Of a stretch of 64,000 nucleotides of DNA, positions 35,997-49,895 are shown in pieces. Made by a program: the position numbers and the translations under genes. Under the pieces are notes generated by a model. The model was not told the origin of the DNA. It searched no databases and saw only the letters and a program-made list of their open reading frames with translations. Source of the stretch: Octopus sinensis (lineage: Eukaryota); the NCBI RefSeq assembly GCF_006345805.1, contig NC_042998.1:204910001-204974000 (forward strand). The letters run 5' to 3'. Each line of letters starts with the position of its first letter. Position 1 is the stretch's first letter.

Positions 35997-36508
35997 GCAC
36001 CAAGGTCCTGGGAGGATAGAAAAATAGGATATTTCCAATGCAGCACTCGCCCGAGCTTCAGGCTCCCTACACTATCGGATTCCAAAGTAATCTAGAAATT
36101 CTTCAGGTGTAGATAATCCGGGTTTCAACCCTAGTATGGGTTTAGTCAAAGTTGCAACATTAGAGTGGCGCATCTTCAGACATTGCATGAAAGGAGCTAA
36201 AGACGAGCCATTCTAATGTTTAAAACTGCAAATATTAATGGAAATTTTCGCTTGGAACTTTTGCGTAAACTGACGTTGGAAGCAGAAACAATGGTAACTG
36301 ATCATTAAAGATGTGTTAAAGACTTACTTGACCTTCTTGTTTGCTTTGTATTTTACTCTTCGCTAAACGCACACTCTGGTTTTACCGTTTTAAAACCCGG
36401 ATTTCTAGATTACTTTGGAATCCGATAGTGTAGGGAGCCCAAAGCTCGGGGGTGGGAGGTGCTGCATTGGAAATATCCTATTTTTCTATCCTCCCAGAAT
36501 ATTGGTGC
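35997..36508. mobile_element. Fold-back/MITE with about 110-bp TIRs
   Basis: gcacca...ctgggaggatagaaaaataggatatttccaatgcagcac...gtaatctagaaat repeated in inverse at 36400-36508; TSD not resolved. Confidence 0.75.
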
Positions 36509-37424
36509 CCCAACATATATAAATATATAAATGCGCCCTTTTAAAGCCTAGCCAGGCTCATGGGCCCGGTTTTCCCGGTTTCTATGGCGCATGTGTTCCC
36601 CAGCTGGACGGGACGCCAGCCCATCGCAGCGTTACTCATTTTTGCCGGCCGCAGTCAAATGACTGAAACGGGTGGAAGAATAAAAGAATGTATTTAACAT
36701 CCTTCTTCTACGCTTGTATGTGTTGGATGGTTTATCAGGATCCGATGGGCCCAAGGACTACATTGTGCTCTATTGCCTTCTTTGACATAGTTTCTATGGC
36801 TGGATGCCCTTCTCAATGTCAACCGCTTTACAGCGTGTCCTGTGAGCTTGGTTCGTGCCACCAGCACTAATGGGGTCACGATGCAGCAGCTTGCAAGAAT
36901 ACAAGCACCGAGAAAGGTGGCTCTGTGCTGGGAGATGAAAAAAGGGTCCAGACCAGGACAGGAATTATGTAGTGGAGGGTGGGGCAATCCGGCAGGATGG
37001 CTAGGCGGGGCTGGGAAGAGATAAAAATAGGGGTGATGGGATGTCTGGATGTACCCTCAAGGTACGAGATGGGGAGTGAATGGTTTGGGGATGCAAGAGT
37101 GTATGGGGGTGGGGGTGAGAGATGAGGAATGAGTGAGGATGGGGAGGTAATGCAATGAATACAAAACAAGAGTTGAGTGGATAAGTAAGGGAGACAGGGG
37201 AGAGTAGGGGACAACTGCAGGGATTAGATAAGGTTGAGGAGTGAATGAAAAGTGTGGGGAAGCGACCGGTGATACACGGGGAGGAGAGAATGGCAGAATA
37301 GCAACGTTGATACAGTGGGCGGGGGGAGGGGTGCGAGCATGCGCAAGTGTACATATTTATGTGTGTGTGTGTGTGTGTGTGCGTACGAGTGTGCAGGTGA
37401 TTACATGCATATTGATGAAGTACG

Positions 37425-37720
37425 TTCCGCATGGAGGAATTCCAACCACGTTTCGGGGTTTGCTGCCTCAACAGCTCCTTTATAGGATCCAGTGGCTAAA
37501 GACATCATCAGGAGGAACCACGTCCGGTTTCGGCCCCTACTCCTCTACCGTTTTCGACGTGGCAACCCCCACCTCCTTTCGGGTGTGTCTTCGGCTTTGG
37601 TGTTGAGCGCGTTTCTTCTTTCTCCTTCTTTCTTCTCTGACCCCTTCGAAGCAGCGCCAACGAATGTCAGCCGGCGACACACCATCCGCCCGAATTTCCC
37701 TTTAAATACTATTCACCATT
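37425..37720. repeat. Unclassified dispersed repeat, 3 copies
   Basis: Block gacatcatcaggaggaaccacgtccggtttcggcccctactcctct shared with 48985-49148 and 60325-60640 (inverted). Confidence 0.7.
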
Positions 37721-38713
37721 ACTTTGCCTTTCATCCTCTCGGGGTCGATTAAATAAGTACCAGTTACGCACTGGGGTCGATATAATCGACTTAATCCGTT
37801 TGTCTGTCATTGTCTGTCATCTCTGTGTTTAGCCCCTTGTGGGTAGTAAATAAATAGATAAATAGTGTGTGTGCGTGTATGCGTGTGTGCGTGCATGTGT
37901 GTGTGCGTGCATGTGTGTGTGTGTGTGTATGTGTGTGCGCGCGCGTCTCCTTCCCTTCAGTAACTTAGAAAACTACTTTTTTAAGCTAAAATAAGAAAAG
38001 AAACAGAAAAACAAAGAGTTGAGGCTTTCGCGTATTTTCCAAAGGCACCACCGCCTTATTTGAAGGGGTGGCTTAACTGGGAATCGAACCAAGCCCCCAT
38101 CCATCCATCTACCTGTTGTTTATCTATCTATCTACATTTCTTTCTTTCTACCTACCTACCTACCTACCTACCTACCACCTACCTACCTATGTATTAATCT
38201 TTGCAGACTTCCTTATATCATGAATTACAAAATTCCTCGCGTTTTTCAGAAAGAAAACTTCTGACTTCAGCGGAAACCTCCACACCACTGGTTGTGGCTG
38301 GGGAAGTGTCTAATGGACCTGTTAGTACACAACGGAAACAGGATCCGTTCCTTCTTCACGGCTGGCTGCTTAGTATTCGAGAGGATATCCAGCTGTTAAC
38401 ACAGAATTCGCAGACAAAGGGGTCCATGGCTGAGATTATTATCAACAGTGGCAAGAATTTATCTCGAAGGGAACCAGGCTAAGACTACTTCTGCTCATAA
38501 AAGTCAGACTCATTCCCCCTACCATATTTCAAATTTAAATAATTTTAATCATTTAAAACTTCAGGGTTATCTCCCTTCCCGTTTTTTATCCGATTTATTC
38601 ATTTAGATAATTATTCTTGCTACTAAAATTGTGGCATTCTTTTGTTTCCCTGGAGCTGCCACAGATACGAATTGTACGTCAGGGCTTTTCATACTCAATA
38701 TATTATATAGACT

Positions 38714-39118
38714 AAGGTGGCAAGCTGGCAGAGTGGTTAGCACGCCGGGCGAAATGCTTAGCGGTATTTCGTCTGCCGCTACGTTCTGAGTTCAAATTCC
38801 GCCGAGGTCGACTTTGCCTTTCATCCTTTCGGGGTCGATAAATTTAGTACCAGTTACGCACTGGGGTCGATCTAATCGACTTAATCCGTTTGTCTGTCCT
38901 TGTTTGTCCTCTCTGTGTTTAGCTCCTTGTGGGTAATAAAGAAATAGGTATTTCGTCTGTTTTTACGTTCTGAGTCCAAATTCCGCCGAGGTCGACTTTG
39001 CCTTTCATCCTTTTGGGGGTCGATAAATTAAGTACCAGCTGTGTACTGGGGTCGATCTAATCGACTGGCCCCCTTCCCCAAAATTTCCGAGCCTTGTGCC
39101 TAGAGTAGAAAAGAATAT
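38714..39118 (+). mobile_element. S2 SINE, full dimer
   Basis: A box tggcagagtggttag, B box gagttcaaattcc; second module lacks the A box. Confidence 0.9.
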
Positions 39119-39140
39119 TTCATATAGACTTTAACATACA

Positions 39141-39311
39141 GGCGCAGGAGTGGCTGTGTGGTAAGTAGCTTGTTTACCAACCACATGGTTCCGGGTTCAG
39201 TCACACTGCGTGGCACCTTGGGCAGGTGTCTTCTGCTATAGCCTCGGGCCGACCAAAGCCTTGTGAGTGGATTTGGTAGACGGAAACTGAAAGAAGCCTG
39301 TCGTATATATG

Positions 39312-39348
<37 letters not shown>

Positions 39349-39537
39349 GTTTGTCCCCCTAGCATTGCTTGACAACCGATGCTGGTGTGTTTACGTCCCC
39401 GTCACCTAGCGGTTCGGCAAAAGAGACCGATAGAATAAGTACTGGGCTTACAAAAGAATAAGTCCCGGGGTCGAGTTGCTCGATTAAAGGCGGTGCTCCA
39501 GCATGGCCGCAGTCAAATGACTGAAACAAGTAAAAGA
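39141..39537 (+). mobile_element. S1 SINE, full reference copy
   Basis: Pol III A/B boxes, central (TA)n(TG)n, 3' tail gaaacaagtaaaaga. Confidence 0.9.
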
Positions 39538-39905
39538 TTAAAGAAAGATATACAAATATTTATATATTTAATACACACACACACACACACACACATGGAA
39601 GCGCGTGGGCTTAGTGGTTCGTGTGTTGAAACTCGTGATTGTAAGATTGTGCTCTTGATTCGTGAACCGGGCGATGCGTTCTTTTCTTAAGCAAGACACT
39701 TCATTTCCCGTTGCCTACAATCCACTCACCAGGCAAAAGATGAGTCATCCTACGGCGGATCAAGAAGGAGATTTATCCTTTATCCGGTATTCCTTCGGTA
39801 TTGGTCTACAGTGTCGGTGTGACGTGATGATGTCAATCACCCTCTTTTTTTCAGCCTAAGCTTCTTTATCTGTGTCATGACATTGTGTACCAATATCGGG
39901 GGTTG

Positions 39906-39944
<39 letters not shown>

Positions 39945-41550
39945 GGGCAATCCTTTATATATACACAGTGCAATTTTCTAATAAAGTTCAACAGGTCTTC
40001 GACTTAATAAAACAATAGGCAGAGTGTATATTGTGTCACAGTAAGACATTACATGGACGTGTTTTGGTTCGTACCGTTGTTCAACTGAGGTCGAGTGGAA
40101 ACGTGAAATAGAGATTTACGTATTTATTTATATCTAGGTCAAAACAGAGAGTAAAATGATTATTTTAAAAATAAACGTAGGAAAAGAATAAAGTAAACAA
40201 ATATATGTATATAAAAATGAAAAATAAAGGGATAAAAAAACGAAAATTACAAGAACGTCCTTAAAGAGGCGGGAAGCTTTTGTAAGATACGTTAATGGAA
40301 GAAACAGGCGGTAATTTGAACAAAATAAACATGAAGCAGACGATAATATAAATTGATTCATAGCTATTGTTGGAATATCATAGAAGATGCAGCGGTTAGC
40401 GGAGAGGGAAAGCGGGGAGAGAAAATTAGAAAATTTTAAGAGATTAATTAAAAGCATATGATAAGAATATTTTTGGTAACATAAGCAAATAAAATAAAAC
40501 TAGGACTGACTACTTCTATTCAAAAGTTTATTCCTCCAACCAACTGAAAAACAGTTTAATACCAACACAATAACTTAATCCCTAAGTTAAAGCCGTTGGC
40601 AATAATCCATTGCTAGAATTAGACTATTAGAATCTTATCTACAGTGTTCGTATCTAAGCAATTGGAATCTAAGGGGTACCCCTTAAATTAGTAGATTTAG
40701 TTAGATGCTCTGCTATTCCTACTAGCCAGTTTAGAAAAGGTTGTATTTTGGGCTAAGTGAAATTTAGTGAAACAAGATAATTTGACAGTAGTTTTTTTAT
40801 TATTAAATATTCGGGAGTACTTATTCTGAGGATTTTACGTAAGAAGAGAAGAAATATATTTTAGCATTTAAAATTATAAGGCAGATTATGCCGGTAGATA
40901 CGTCTTTTTCAATTTCTGTTTCTTGTATTTCTAAAAGGAGTAACAGTGGATCTGTGTAATGTCTTCTGATTACGACCCCATTGGAATAGATTTTTTCTCG
41001 GTTGTAGAAATGCTGAATAATTTAAGTAAAATTTCTTAAACTAAATACTTAATTGAATTTTAGAGGTGGCTAGCTCACCAGCTTAGATTTGAGACAGGGT
41101 TATATAAATGAAATTAAGGATCACGTCTGAAATATTAACTCTGTGGTGTTAGCACCTAAATCGTGGATAATCAAAGTTAATTATTTTTTAATTCTTTTCC
41201 CTCCTTTCAGCTGATTGTGGATTATAGCTGGTAAAGTTTAGCAATCCACCATTACTATACAAGTCACGTTCAATTTATAAAAATTTATTTTGAGTTAGAA
41301 GAGGAGACATAACCAAATAAAATCTGCAGCAAATAACTTACGTGTTGTTGTTGTTGTTTTAGCCACAGGTCAACAGTAATAGAGCAGTTCTATGGTAAAC
41401 AGCTATAACCCCTCCGCCATATATTCGGTTGTTGTATATCAAGAAGTTTATCATTTGTATTCCTTCTTCCTCAAATAAGTAGGGCGATGGCATAAAATTT
41501 TAGTTATAGAGTTAACCTCATTCTTCTCGATATACGTTTGGGCAACTGAT

Positions 41551-41591
41551 TGTGCTGATGATGTCTGCAACAGTAGAAACATGTTTCCACA
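41551..41591 (+). ncRNA. Degenerate minimal hammerhead-like motif in a Penelope-like tail
   Basis: CTGATGA, weak stem II ctg/cag, GAAA, palindromic AACATGTT; stem I out of register by 2 nt. Confidence 0.35.
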
Positions 41592-41791
41592 TCTATTCGC
41601 TTGTCTCCGGACAAGTAAACTGAATTTTCCCCGGTGGCATGTCAGATTTGGAGAATTCTTGATTCTTGAGGTTATCTCCCCTTCTCATTTTGTCTATCTT
41701 CTCTTGAAACGCAAAAATTTCAATAAATCAAGAATTTGTCTTGTATGATATTTAATATGTCCTTATTGTTCCTTTCTTTGTTACATACACA

Positions 41792-41839
<48 letters not shown>

Positions 41840-42466
41840 ATGCGTGTGTATACACACACATATATTCGTTGGTGGTTTTACAGTACTATGAAATGCAATT
41901 AGGCGAAAAAGTATTCAGAGTAAATTTCCCGCTTATCAAGTAGCTTTCGATGTTCTAGAATTTTCTTATTTACAGACACCGATCGGTTTTGATTAGATGA
42001 CTTCGAAAACAACTTTGGTATTTTTGTTTATACAAAAAGTAACAACGCGTGAAAAGGAGAAAAGGCAGAAATAAGATTTCAGCATTTTCTAAATATTTTT
42101 ACACATTTCTGAAGAATATATTTCAGGGTGGGACGAATATTTAAAGATAAATTGGTTTCAAACGGTGTTCCATTTATGAATGGAACTTTGATCTCGTAAA
42201 TCAGTGTCTGGAGAATAAAATTCAGAAATGGAATTTGCTTGTGTTGTTAAAGATAGCTCCAGAATAAAATTTGGCCCTACCCAAAAAATGTAGAAATTCT
42301 TAGAAAATTCAGAATTTTTTTCTCAATATTCACTTCTGTGTGTGTGTCACCTGATTACGGCCAGTCGGTGTAGGAATAGCCGAACGTCTGTCGCTTGAAG
42401 GTCGGTAACGATGCAGGCTTAGCATTGACTGTGCAACATACATACATACATACATACATACATACA

Positions 42467-42497
<31 letters not shown>

Positions 42498-42754
42498 TCA
42501 TATGTATCTCGAACAAGGAGAAAGGATTTCAACAATGCATTGGTGGATTCTTTATTTGTATATTAAGGCTACCATTACTTTTCCAACCAGAATTTGATTG
42601 CTTTTATTCCATAGTCATGGGGGATGTTGGTGCAAAGATTGACAACATCGAGGGTGACCAATATTGCCTCTTCATTAATTGCTTTTTGGTAGGTGTTCTA
42701 GCATGTCTAAATCATCTCTAATGAAAATATTGATGTATTTCAGCAAGGGTTTCA

Positions 42755-43152
42755 GTAGGATGTCTAGAAAACTGTGGAACCTGCCCCAACCTGCTTGAAA
42801 GCTCGGCTTTCATTTTCAAACAAGGACAGAGGTTCACAATTAAAACTAGTTTCACTTGTGCCTCTGAGAACCTAATTTATGTAATAAACTGCTCGGGTTG
42901 CGGACACAACTATATTGGACAAACGAGTAAGACCTTGAAAAAGAGAACCACTCTATATAAAGAGCAAATTTGTTTTCCGCAATACAAATTCCTCTCAGTG
43001 AACATATGGAAAAATGTGCAGATAACATCAAACCAAATTTCACAGTCTTCCCTTTCTACCAGTGCAAAGACACAATCTCTCAACTAGAACGTTTAAATAA
43101 AGAATTTTTTTTCATTGAAAAATACAAAACACGTCTTAATATGCACGCATAA
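42755..43152 (+). pseudogene. Penelope-like element GIY-YIG endonuclease fragment
   Basis: CGTCP...FTCASENLIYVINCSGCGHNYIGQTSKTLKKR, one frameshift, then SEHMEKC...ERLNKEFFFIEKYKTRLN stop. Confidence 0.88.
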
Positions 43153-43591
43153 CCAACTTTAATCTTTTTACATATTTCAATTCACGATTACATCACTGTA
43201 CATAAACCCCCTCACTAAACAAGGTTTTTGAAACTTGTCTCTGTCAGTACACATATATATTCCCCTCCCATTACCGAAAGCTGAACAGTTATCTCCCTTA
43301 CCCACAACAATAACAATAATAACAACAACCAATTACCTACCTTTATTTATCTACTTGTGAAATCATTCACTCGTGAATATCGTCACACACAACATGGACA
43401 AAATTTCTTCTTAAGAAAAATATATATTCAAATAAGTAAAACAATAATATCATGAATAGCGATAGCAAAACCGATCGATATATTAAAAATTATATTAAAA
43501 CTATGTAAGTGTGCGTATTTTTCTTTTTTAATTCTATATATATATATATAATATATATATATATACTATCTATATTACTATATATATATAT

Positions 43592-43619
<28 letters not shown>

Positions 43620-43624
<5 letters not shown>

Positions 43625-43790
43625 TTCACGAAAAAAAAAAAAGACGAGGACAGGTGGTGTATAAAACAAACAGATGTATTAGTATAACGATCAGGAATAG
43701 AAAAAAGTCTTTTACGTTTCGAGCCTACGCTTTCTACAGAAAGGGACACAGAAAAACAAGGAGAGAAAAAATGTGTGTAGTGGCTACCGA
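43620..43790 (-). mobile_element. Penelope-type tail with a decayed hammerhead
   Basis: Minus strand cttt CTGTAGA a agc gtag gct c GAAA CG TA aaag (43708-43744). Confidence 0.55.
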
Positions 43791-43840
43791 TATATTATAA
43801 TATATTATATATATTATATATATATATATTATTTATAATA

Positions 43841-43882
<42 letters not shown>

Positions 43883-43962
43883 ATATATATTTATATATAT
43901 ATATACATATATATTTATATATATATATATATATATATGAATTATAATATATATATATGAAT

Positions 43963-44003
<41 letters not shown>

Positions 44004-44020
44004 GTATATATAGGTATATG

Positions 44021-44070
<50 letters not shown>

Positions 44071-44118
44071 GTATATATATATATATGTATATATTTATAT
44101 TATATATATATATATATA

Positions 44119-44188
<70 letters not shown>

Positions 44189-44278
44189 ATATATATACAT
44201 ATAGATGTAGGTATGTACATATGGTATGTATGCATATGTTTTATTGTTAAATGTTGTTATTATATATATATATATATC
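43790..44278. repeat. Large (TA)n-rich tract
   Basis: Direct reading. Confidence 0.95.
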
Positions 44279-44475
44279 GTGAGTACCGCCAGCGATTTTT
44301 TTTCCTCTGTCTTCCCTTCTCGGGATCTTTCCTTCTCCTATGTTTCCGACGAAGAGCTCCGCTCGAAACGTTAAACCCTCCTTCTTCTGAGCGTCCAATA
44401 ATACTTTATTTGTTCCACGTCCTTGCGTTGCTGTGTTTTTTGTTTTTTTTGTGTTTTCTTGTTTGGATTAACTAT
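44278..44475 (+). mobile_element. Penelope-type tail with a minimal hammerhead (U4C variant)
   Basis: 44342-44376: gttt CCGACGA a gagc tcc gctc GAAA CG TT aaac. Confidence 0.6.
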
Positions 44476-45255
44476 ATATATAGTTATATATTACACGTAC
44501 ATACCCATGCGCTTAAACCTGTGTGTGTATGTGTGTGTGTGTGTGTTGTAACAAAGAAGTGACTATGTTTCTGTTTGATCTTTTTCATATCACCTTCATA
44601 CTCCATTGTGCGATTTCTCATTTCCAAGCTACCTCAGCATCGTCGTCAGAATGAAATGATGATAGAAGACTTATTTTCGCACGCTTTGCCTTCTGTAGCA
44701 AAGGATAGTTTTGGGGGGCTTTTTCTTGCTTACTTTTTTCTTTTGTTTTTGTACTATTGAAAAAAAAATCCTTTTTTATATATCATCCATATGTAAGAAG
44801 ACGGTATCGCAGTAAATATTTTGTTCTGCTGGTCACTCTGTAACAATTACACCATCTCTGACCATAATCCTGCTGAATTTCCAAGAGAAGAGGCGACTGG
44901 AACGGCGGGTGAGAGTGAAATCTTTTAAACATCAAGCGATGCGTAATAAAAGAACATTTTATGTTTAACAGAAATCGCCAAGTTTTGAAAAAGCGCCAAC
45001 TGCTTTGTTAACTAATGTTGTGTCGCCACTGTTCGGGATGTAACATTATGCTAAATGAATCGGCAGACATTTCGTAAATGCCAGAGTAATCAAAACAGCG
45101 ACGACAATGGTGAATGCTTAGAAAGGTAGCGTGGAGCGGGTTAAATAGTTCTGTAAATAGACGCAGGACGCGTTCCTGCAAAACAGCCATTAACTTCATT
45201 TTTATCAACTGCAGAAATATCAAGATCTACAGAATGTCGCTGAACGTCTTCTCTT

Positions 45256-45292
<37 letters not shown>

Positions 45293-45293
45293 G

Positions 45294-45325
<32 letters not shown>

Positions 45326-45380
45326 GTGCTGCTGCTGCTGCTGGCTGCTGTTGTTGTTGTTGTTGTTGTTGTCATTATAT

Positions 45381-45506
45381 ACTCTTTACTCTTGTTTCAG
45401 TCATTTGACTGTGGCCATGCTGGAGCACCGCCTTTAGTCGAGCAAATCGATCCCAGGACTTATTCTTTGTGAGCCTAGTGTTCGGGTGACTAACACAGAC
45501 ACACAA

Positions 45507-45537
<31 letters not shown>

Positions 45538-45538
45538 A

Positions 45539-45569
<31 letters not shown>

Positions 45570-45809
45570 GCCGTCCAACACATGCTAGCATGGAAAACGG
45601 ACGTTAAATGATGATGATGATGATATATATATATACATATATACGACGGGCTTCTTTTAGTTTCCGTCTACCAAATTCACTCACATGGCTTTGTTTGGTC
45701 GGCCCGAGGCTATAGTAGAAGACACTTGCCCAAGCTGCCACGCAGTGGGACTGAACCCGGAACCATGCGGTTCGTAAGCAAGCTACTTACCACACAGCCA
45801 CTCCTATGC

Positions 45810-45810
<1 letters not shown>
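45381..45810 (-). mobile_element. S1 SINE with an S3 tail inserted in its central (TA)n
   Basis: S3 3' end ccgtccaacacatgctagc...gttaaatgatgatg at 45571-45622, in opposite orientation. Confidence 0.8.
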
Positions 45811-45862
<52 letters not shown>

Positions 45863-46714
45863 TTGTTGGTTTTTTTGTTTTTTTTTAAATAGCGTGATGG
45901 CTGACAGACAAAATGTCTTCCGCATGTAGTTACAGAACTTCAAGTTCCGAATATAATCACTACCGGTATTTAGTTACGTCCGTTCACACTAAGTTCAATT
46001 TCTACTTGCTTCAACGTTTGTTGTTCTGGTAATGTGGCTGTTTAGTTCCTGGTTGTTCTTCGCCAAAGTTTTATGCTCAGCAGACTCAGGGTCAAAGACG
46101 TTCTGAATGAAACCGAGCTATCTCTCTTTCTCTCTCAGCAACTGTGTTATTTAATGTGTCTTCAACTACATCACCGTAAAAGGCGGGAACACCAACGTAA
46201 ATATTTTACGACCAATCAGCTTCGACCGCCATTTAATCAGTAACGCTTGAAAGAAAAGTTGTGTGAAATTCCTGCCACATTTTGCATTTTTAAAGGTTCT
46301 AGAAGATTCACCCAGGGTTATAAAAAACTGGAATACTGAACCTCAAAACAGAATCGACTCGGACGCTCTACAGAACTCGGTAGATAATTTTCGTGAAAGG
46401 TGCTCTGGCACAAACAAACACTACCATGTTCGGAAAAGAATAATCAATCTTGCACTATAATGCCTGTCCGACTGCCTGACTGACTGCATACATACATACA
46501 TACATACATATGTACACACATACATACATAAATACATACATACATACATACATACATACATACATACATACATACATACATACATACATACACACATACA
46601 TACATACATACATACATACATACATACATACATACATACATGCATACATACAGACAGACAGACAGACATACATACATACATATAAAAAATACCCTGTTCA
46701 GATTTCAGATTTCA

Positions 46715-46985
46715 ATGACGGAGCCTTGGAACTAAGTTAAAGAAACCTTATTCAGAGACCTTTTGAGTGAGATGTTCTACTCGACCTGAAGAAAACTCTA
46801 ACTGGGTCCCACCTGCAAGGCCATGCGCTGTTTATCTTGATATGAGATCACCATGTCGCGCACATATGGTTGTGAATCACGTGCCTGGTGTACCCTTATC
46901 AGGTGAGTATATTGGGCTTCGTACATTTGTACCACAGTGTCATTTTGATGGCATGCACTGCTGCTCTCTCACTCAATAAATATAT
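46715..46985 (+). mobile_element. Probable LINE 3' UTR fragment
   Basis: Ends gcatgcactgctgctctctcactcaataaat; assignment from recall, no coding motif present. Confidence 0.35.
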
Positions 46986-47586
46986 TGAAATGCTCTACCG
47001 TAAATGTAGGGTCTGAAGAAGGCAGCCCCTTATCTCTCCTTTCACCTCTTATTTCTAATTACTACGATCAAGCAAATACTAGCAAAGTTTTGTAAATGGA
47101 ATTCGGTAGATAAAAAGCGCGTGGAAGCCGTCCGAAGAGCGATCCCTGTCACCCTGTTAAATATCACCACCACCACCACCACCAGGTAACTCTTCCTCAC
47201 AGAGGTATACTAAACAAACTACGAATAGATCTGGTATAATAGACGTTCCAGTTATGACCTCTCTCTCCACAATTTATTCTAGACAGAACATCTAGGACCA
47301 TATTCTGTAATGTGTCCTTCCTGCTGTAAAATATAAAGTGAGGAAGATTTGGCTATTATTTCTAGAAAACTGAGTGAACACGTTGAAACTTTTTCACTAT
47401 CCCGTGTATCAGTTATTTCCACTAATTGTTGGGTTTGGGTACAAAATGACAAGGGCAACCTGTGCAAAAGAGCCTCGCATCTTCGAGAAAAAAGGACGAA
47501 CTAACGTTACAAGTTCTTAGTCACACACACACACACACACTACTAAAATGTGTGTACAAGAAAGAGATAGAGAGCGAGAGAGAGAG

Positions 47587-47623
<37 letters not shown>

Positions 47624-48093
47624 CATGAAGAGTGATATCCTGTATTTGTACGCCAACGGGGTTATTGTTGCTGTTTTGTATGAGGACATCCCTAATCCAT
47701 CTTGGCCCCAAAGTCCATCTGCGACCATTCCATTTATGTTTTTAGATGTGGCATACCCACGCCACGTTATGAAATGTTCTCTTTTTAAAAAAGGAACTCT
47801 AAGAGAAAATTGGCTGTTATATCAGGCCGGTTTCGAACGTACGTGAGGGCGTGTGTGCTTTCAGATGCAATCCTTGTCCAACAGCGATGAGAGCCGGCTT
47901 TTTCTTTTTATCTCTCTCTAACATCAAACTTTGACAACGTCTTTCTAGAACTATCTCCTCTCTTATCCATCGTTCTCCATAAAACCCGACGATGTTTCTA
48001 GAACAGAAGACACTCTTAAAACACCTACACACAGACTGCACTTGTATAACTGATAGTTATTATTATATATATGTATATATAAATATATATATA

Positions 48094-48139
<46 letters not shown>

Positions 48140-48215
48140 GATATATATTATATATATATATGTATATATACATACATACATACATATATATATATATGTA
48201 TGTATGTATATATTA

Positions 48216-48267
<52 letters not shown>

Positions 48268-48305
48268 TACATACATACATACATATATATATACATGCAT
48301 ACATA

Positions 48306-48353
<48 letters not shown>

Positions 48354-48734
48354 GCACGCACACAGAGCGGAGAGAGAACAGAACTTGCTGTCATCATTTT
48401 CGGATTAGTTTTCAGACTGGCGCGTGGCCATTCTGTCACGTGTTGTTGCAAGAATCAGGAAATATCTACTTGCATATGTATTTGTATACTTATTTAATTA
48501 TCATCATCATCATCGTCATCGTCATTTATTATCAGTTGTATTAGCAAAGGCGGTGAGCAGACAGAAGCGTTTGTGCGCCGGGAGAAATGCTCAGCGCTAT
48601 TTCGCCCGTCGCTACGTTCTGAGTCACCCATTCCGCCGAGGTTGACTTTGCCTTTCATCCGGGGACTGTTGAGTTGTTATCATTTCTTTCCAGACTACTG
48701 ATGCCGGGAATTTAACAGCGTTGGTTCAAGTAGA

Positions 48735-48900
48735 TGTTTGCTAGATTAGGGAATACAATTATTTATTCAGATCCTGGCTGTTTCTGTTATGACTTTTGTT
48801 TGGTCCTGAGGCTTTTGCGTTTTTACATTCCTTTATGGCTCTTTGAGTGTTGGGTCCAACGAAAGGATCACCATCGTTGTCTACGTGCACCTTATGCATT
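48735..48900 (-). mobile_element. LINE reverse transcriptase N-flank fragment
   Basis: QRAIKECKNAKASGPN resembles the conserved AI..LKN.KA.GPD motif upstream of RT. Confidence 0.4.
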
Positions 48901-49449
48901 TGTCATTTTGTCTTTCTCTCATCTGTCTGGCACTTTTAGAACTGTGCCTGTCAACCTACGGACCCCTTTTATTTGTATTTCAGTTGAGTGGATCCCCATA
49001 ACTATTCCATGTTTAAACAATCCTGTTCTATTTTTAAGGAATTTCAACCGTGTTTCGTGGTCTGCTACCACAACAGCTCCTTTATAGGATCCAGTTAGCT
49101 CAAGACATCATCAGGAGGAACCACGTCCGGTTTCGGCCCCTACTCCTCTGTGGCGGTGGTGGTTTTGTTTAAATCCCAAAACCCTTCATTTGTTTCTTTC
49201 TGAAACCCATATCAGGTTGGTTTGGGTTTTTTTTTTTGGTTTTTTAAATTCTTTAAAGCTTGTAAAAACGGTTTTGCTTTCTTCATTGATGTTCAACTGT
49301 TGTGATGGTAAATGGTGGATGGTGGATGGTGGATGGTATGAGGGAAGCTGGGAGACGGACGGAAGGTAGTTTGCCAGTGACTGAAATCGCTAAAAGTGTT
49401 TTGCCGTGGAAAGTGATGTCTGCGTAGAGTTGCTGTTGTTTGGCTTAGT

Positions 49450-49484
<35 letters not shown>

Positions 49485-49492
49485 ATTTAGAA

Positions 49493-49895
49493 CTAGCAGT
49501 ATCGCCCGGCGTTGCTCGGGTTTGTAAGGGAAATAACTATATAAGCATTTTTAGATAGTTATAGCCAAAAAATAGCAAAAAAATGCATTAAAAATGGAAA
49601 AAAAGTTATGGTAATTTTTTTTTAAATCGTTGACTCATCGTAGACATTTTTAGAGAGTTACTTCCCTTATATAATAGCGAAAAAATGCATTAAAATGGAA
49701 AACAATGATGGTAAATTTTTTTTTAAATCGTAGACTCATCGTAGACGCGCGCTAATACCCAGAGGGGCTCGATATGAATCACGACTATAAGATACCCGCT
49801 TTTGGTTAAACTGCACCGCAAAATGTGGGAGTAGTTAGGAATCTAAATCGAAGGGAGACAGACAGCACAACCTCTCTTTTATATATATATAAAGA
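49493..49895 (-). mobile_element. Non-autonomous Helitron, family B
   Basis: A|TC and CTAG|T ends with the hairpin. Confidence 0.92.

Noticed and set aside
36960-37330. G-rich purine strand as a G-quadruplex element
   Set aside because: Low-complexity purine tracts like this recur (also near 26.0 and 58.9 kb) with irregular G-runs; nothing specific supports function.
40134-41340. AT-rich unique region as a NUMT or multi-exon gene
   Set aside because: No recognisable mitochondrial protein or RNA motif; the acceptor at about 41208 leads to only a 20-nt candidate exon with no consistent partner.
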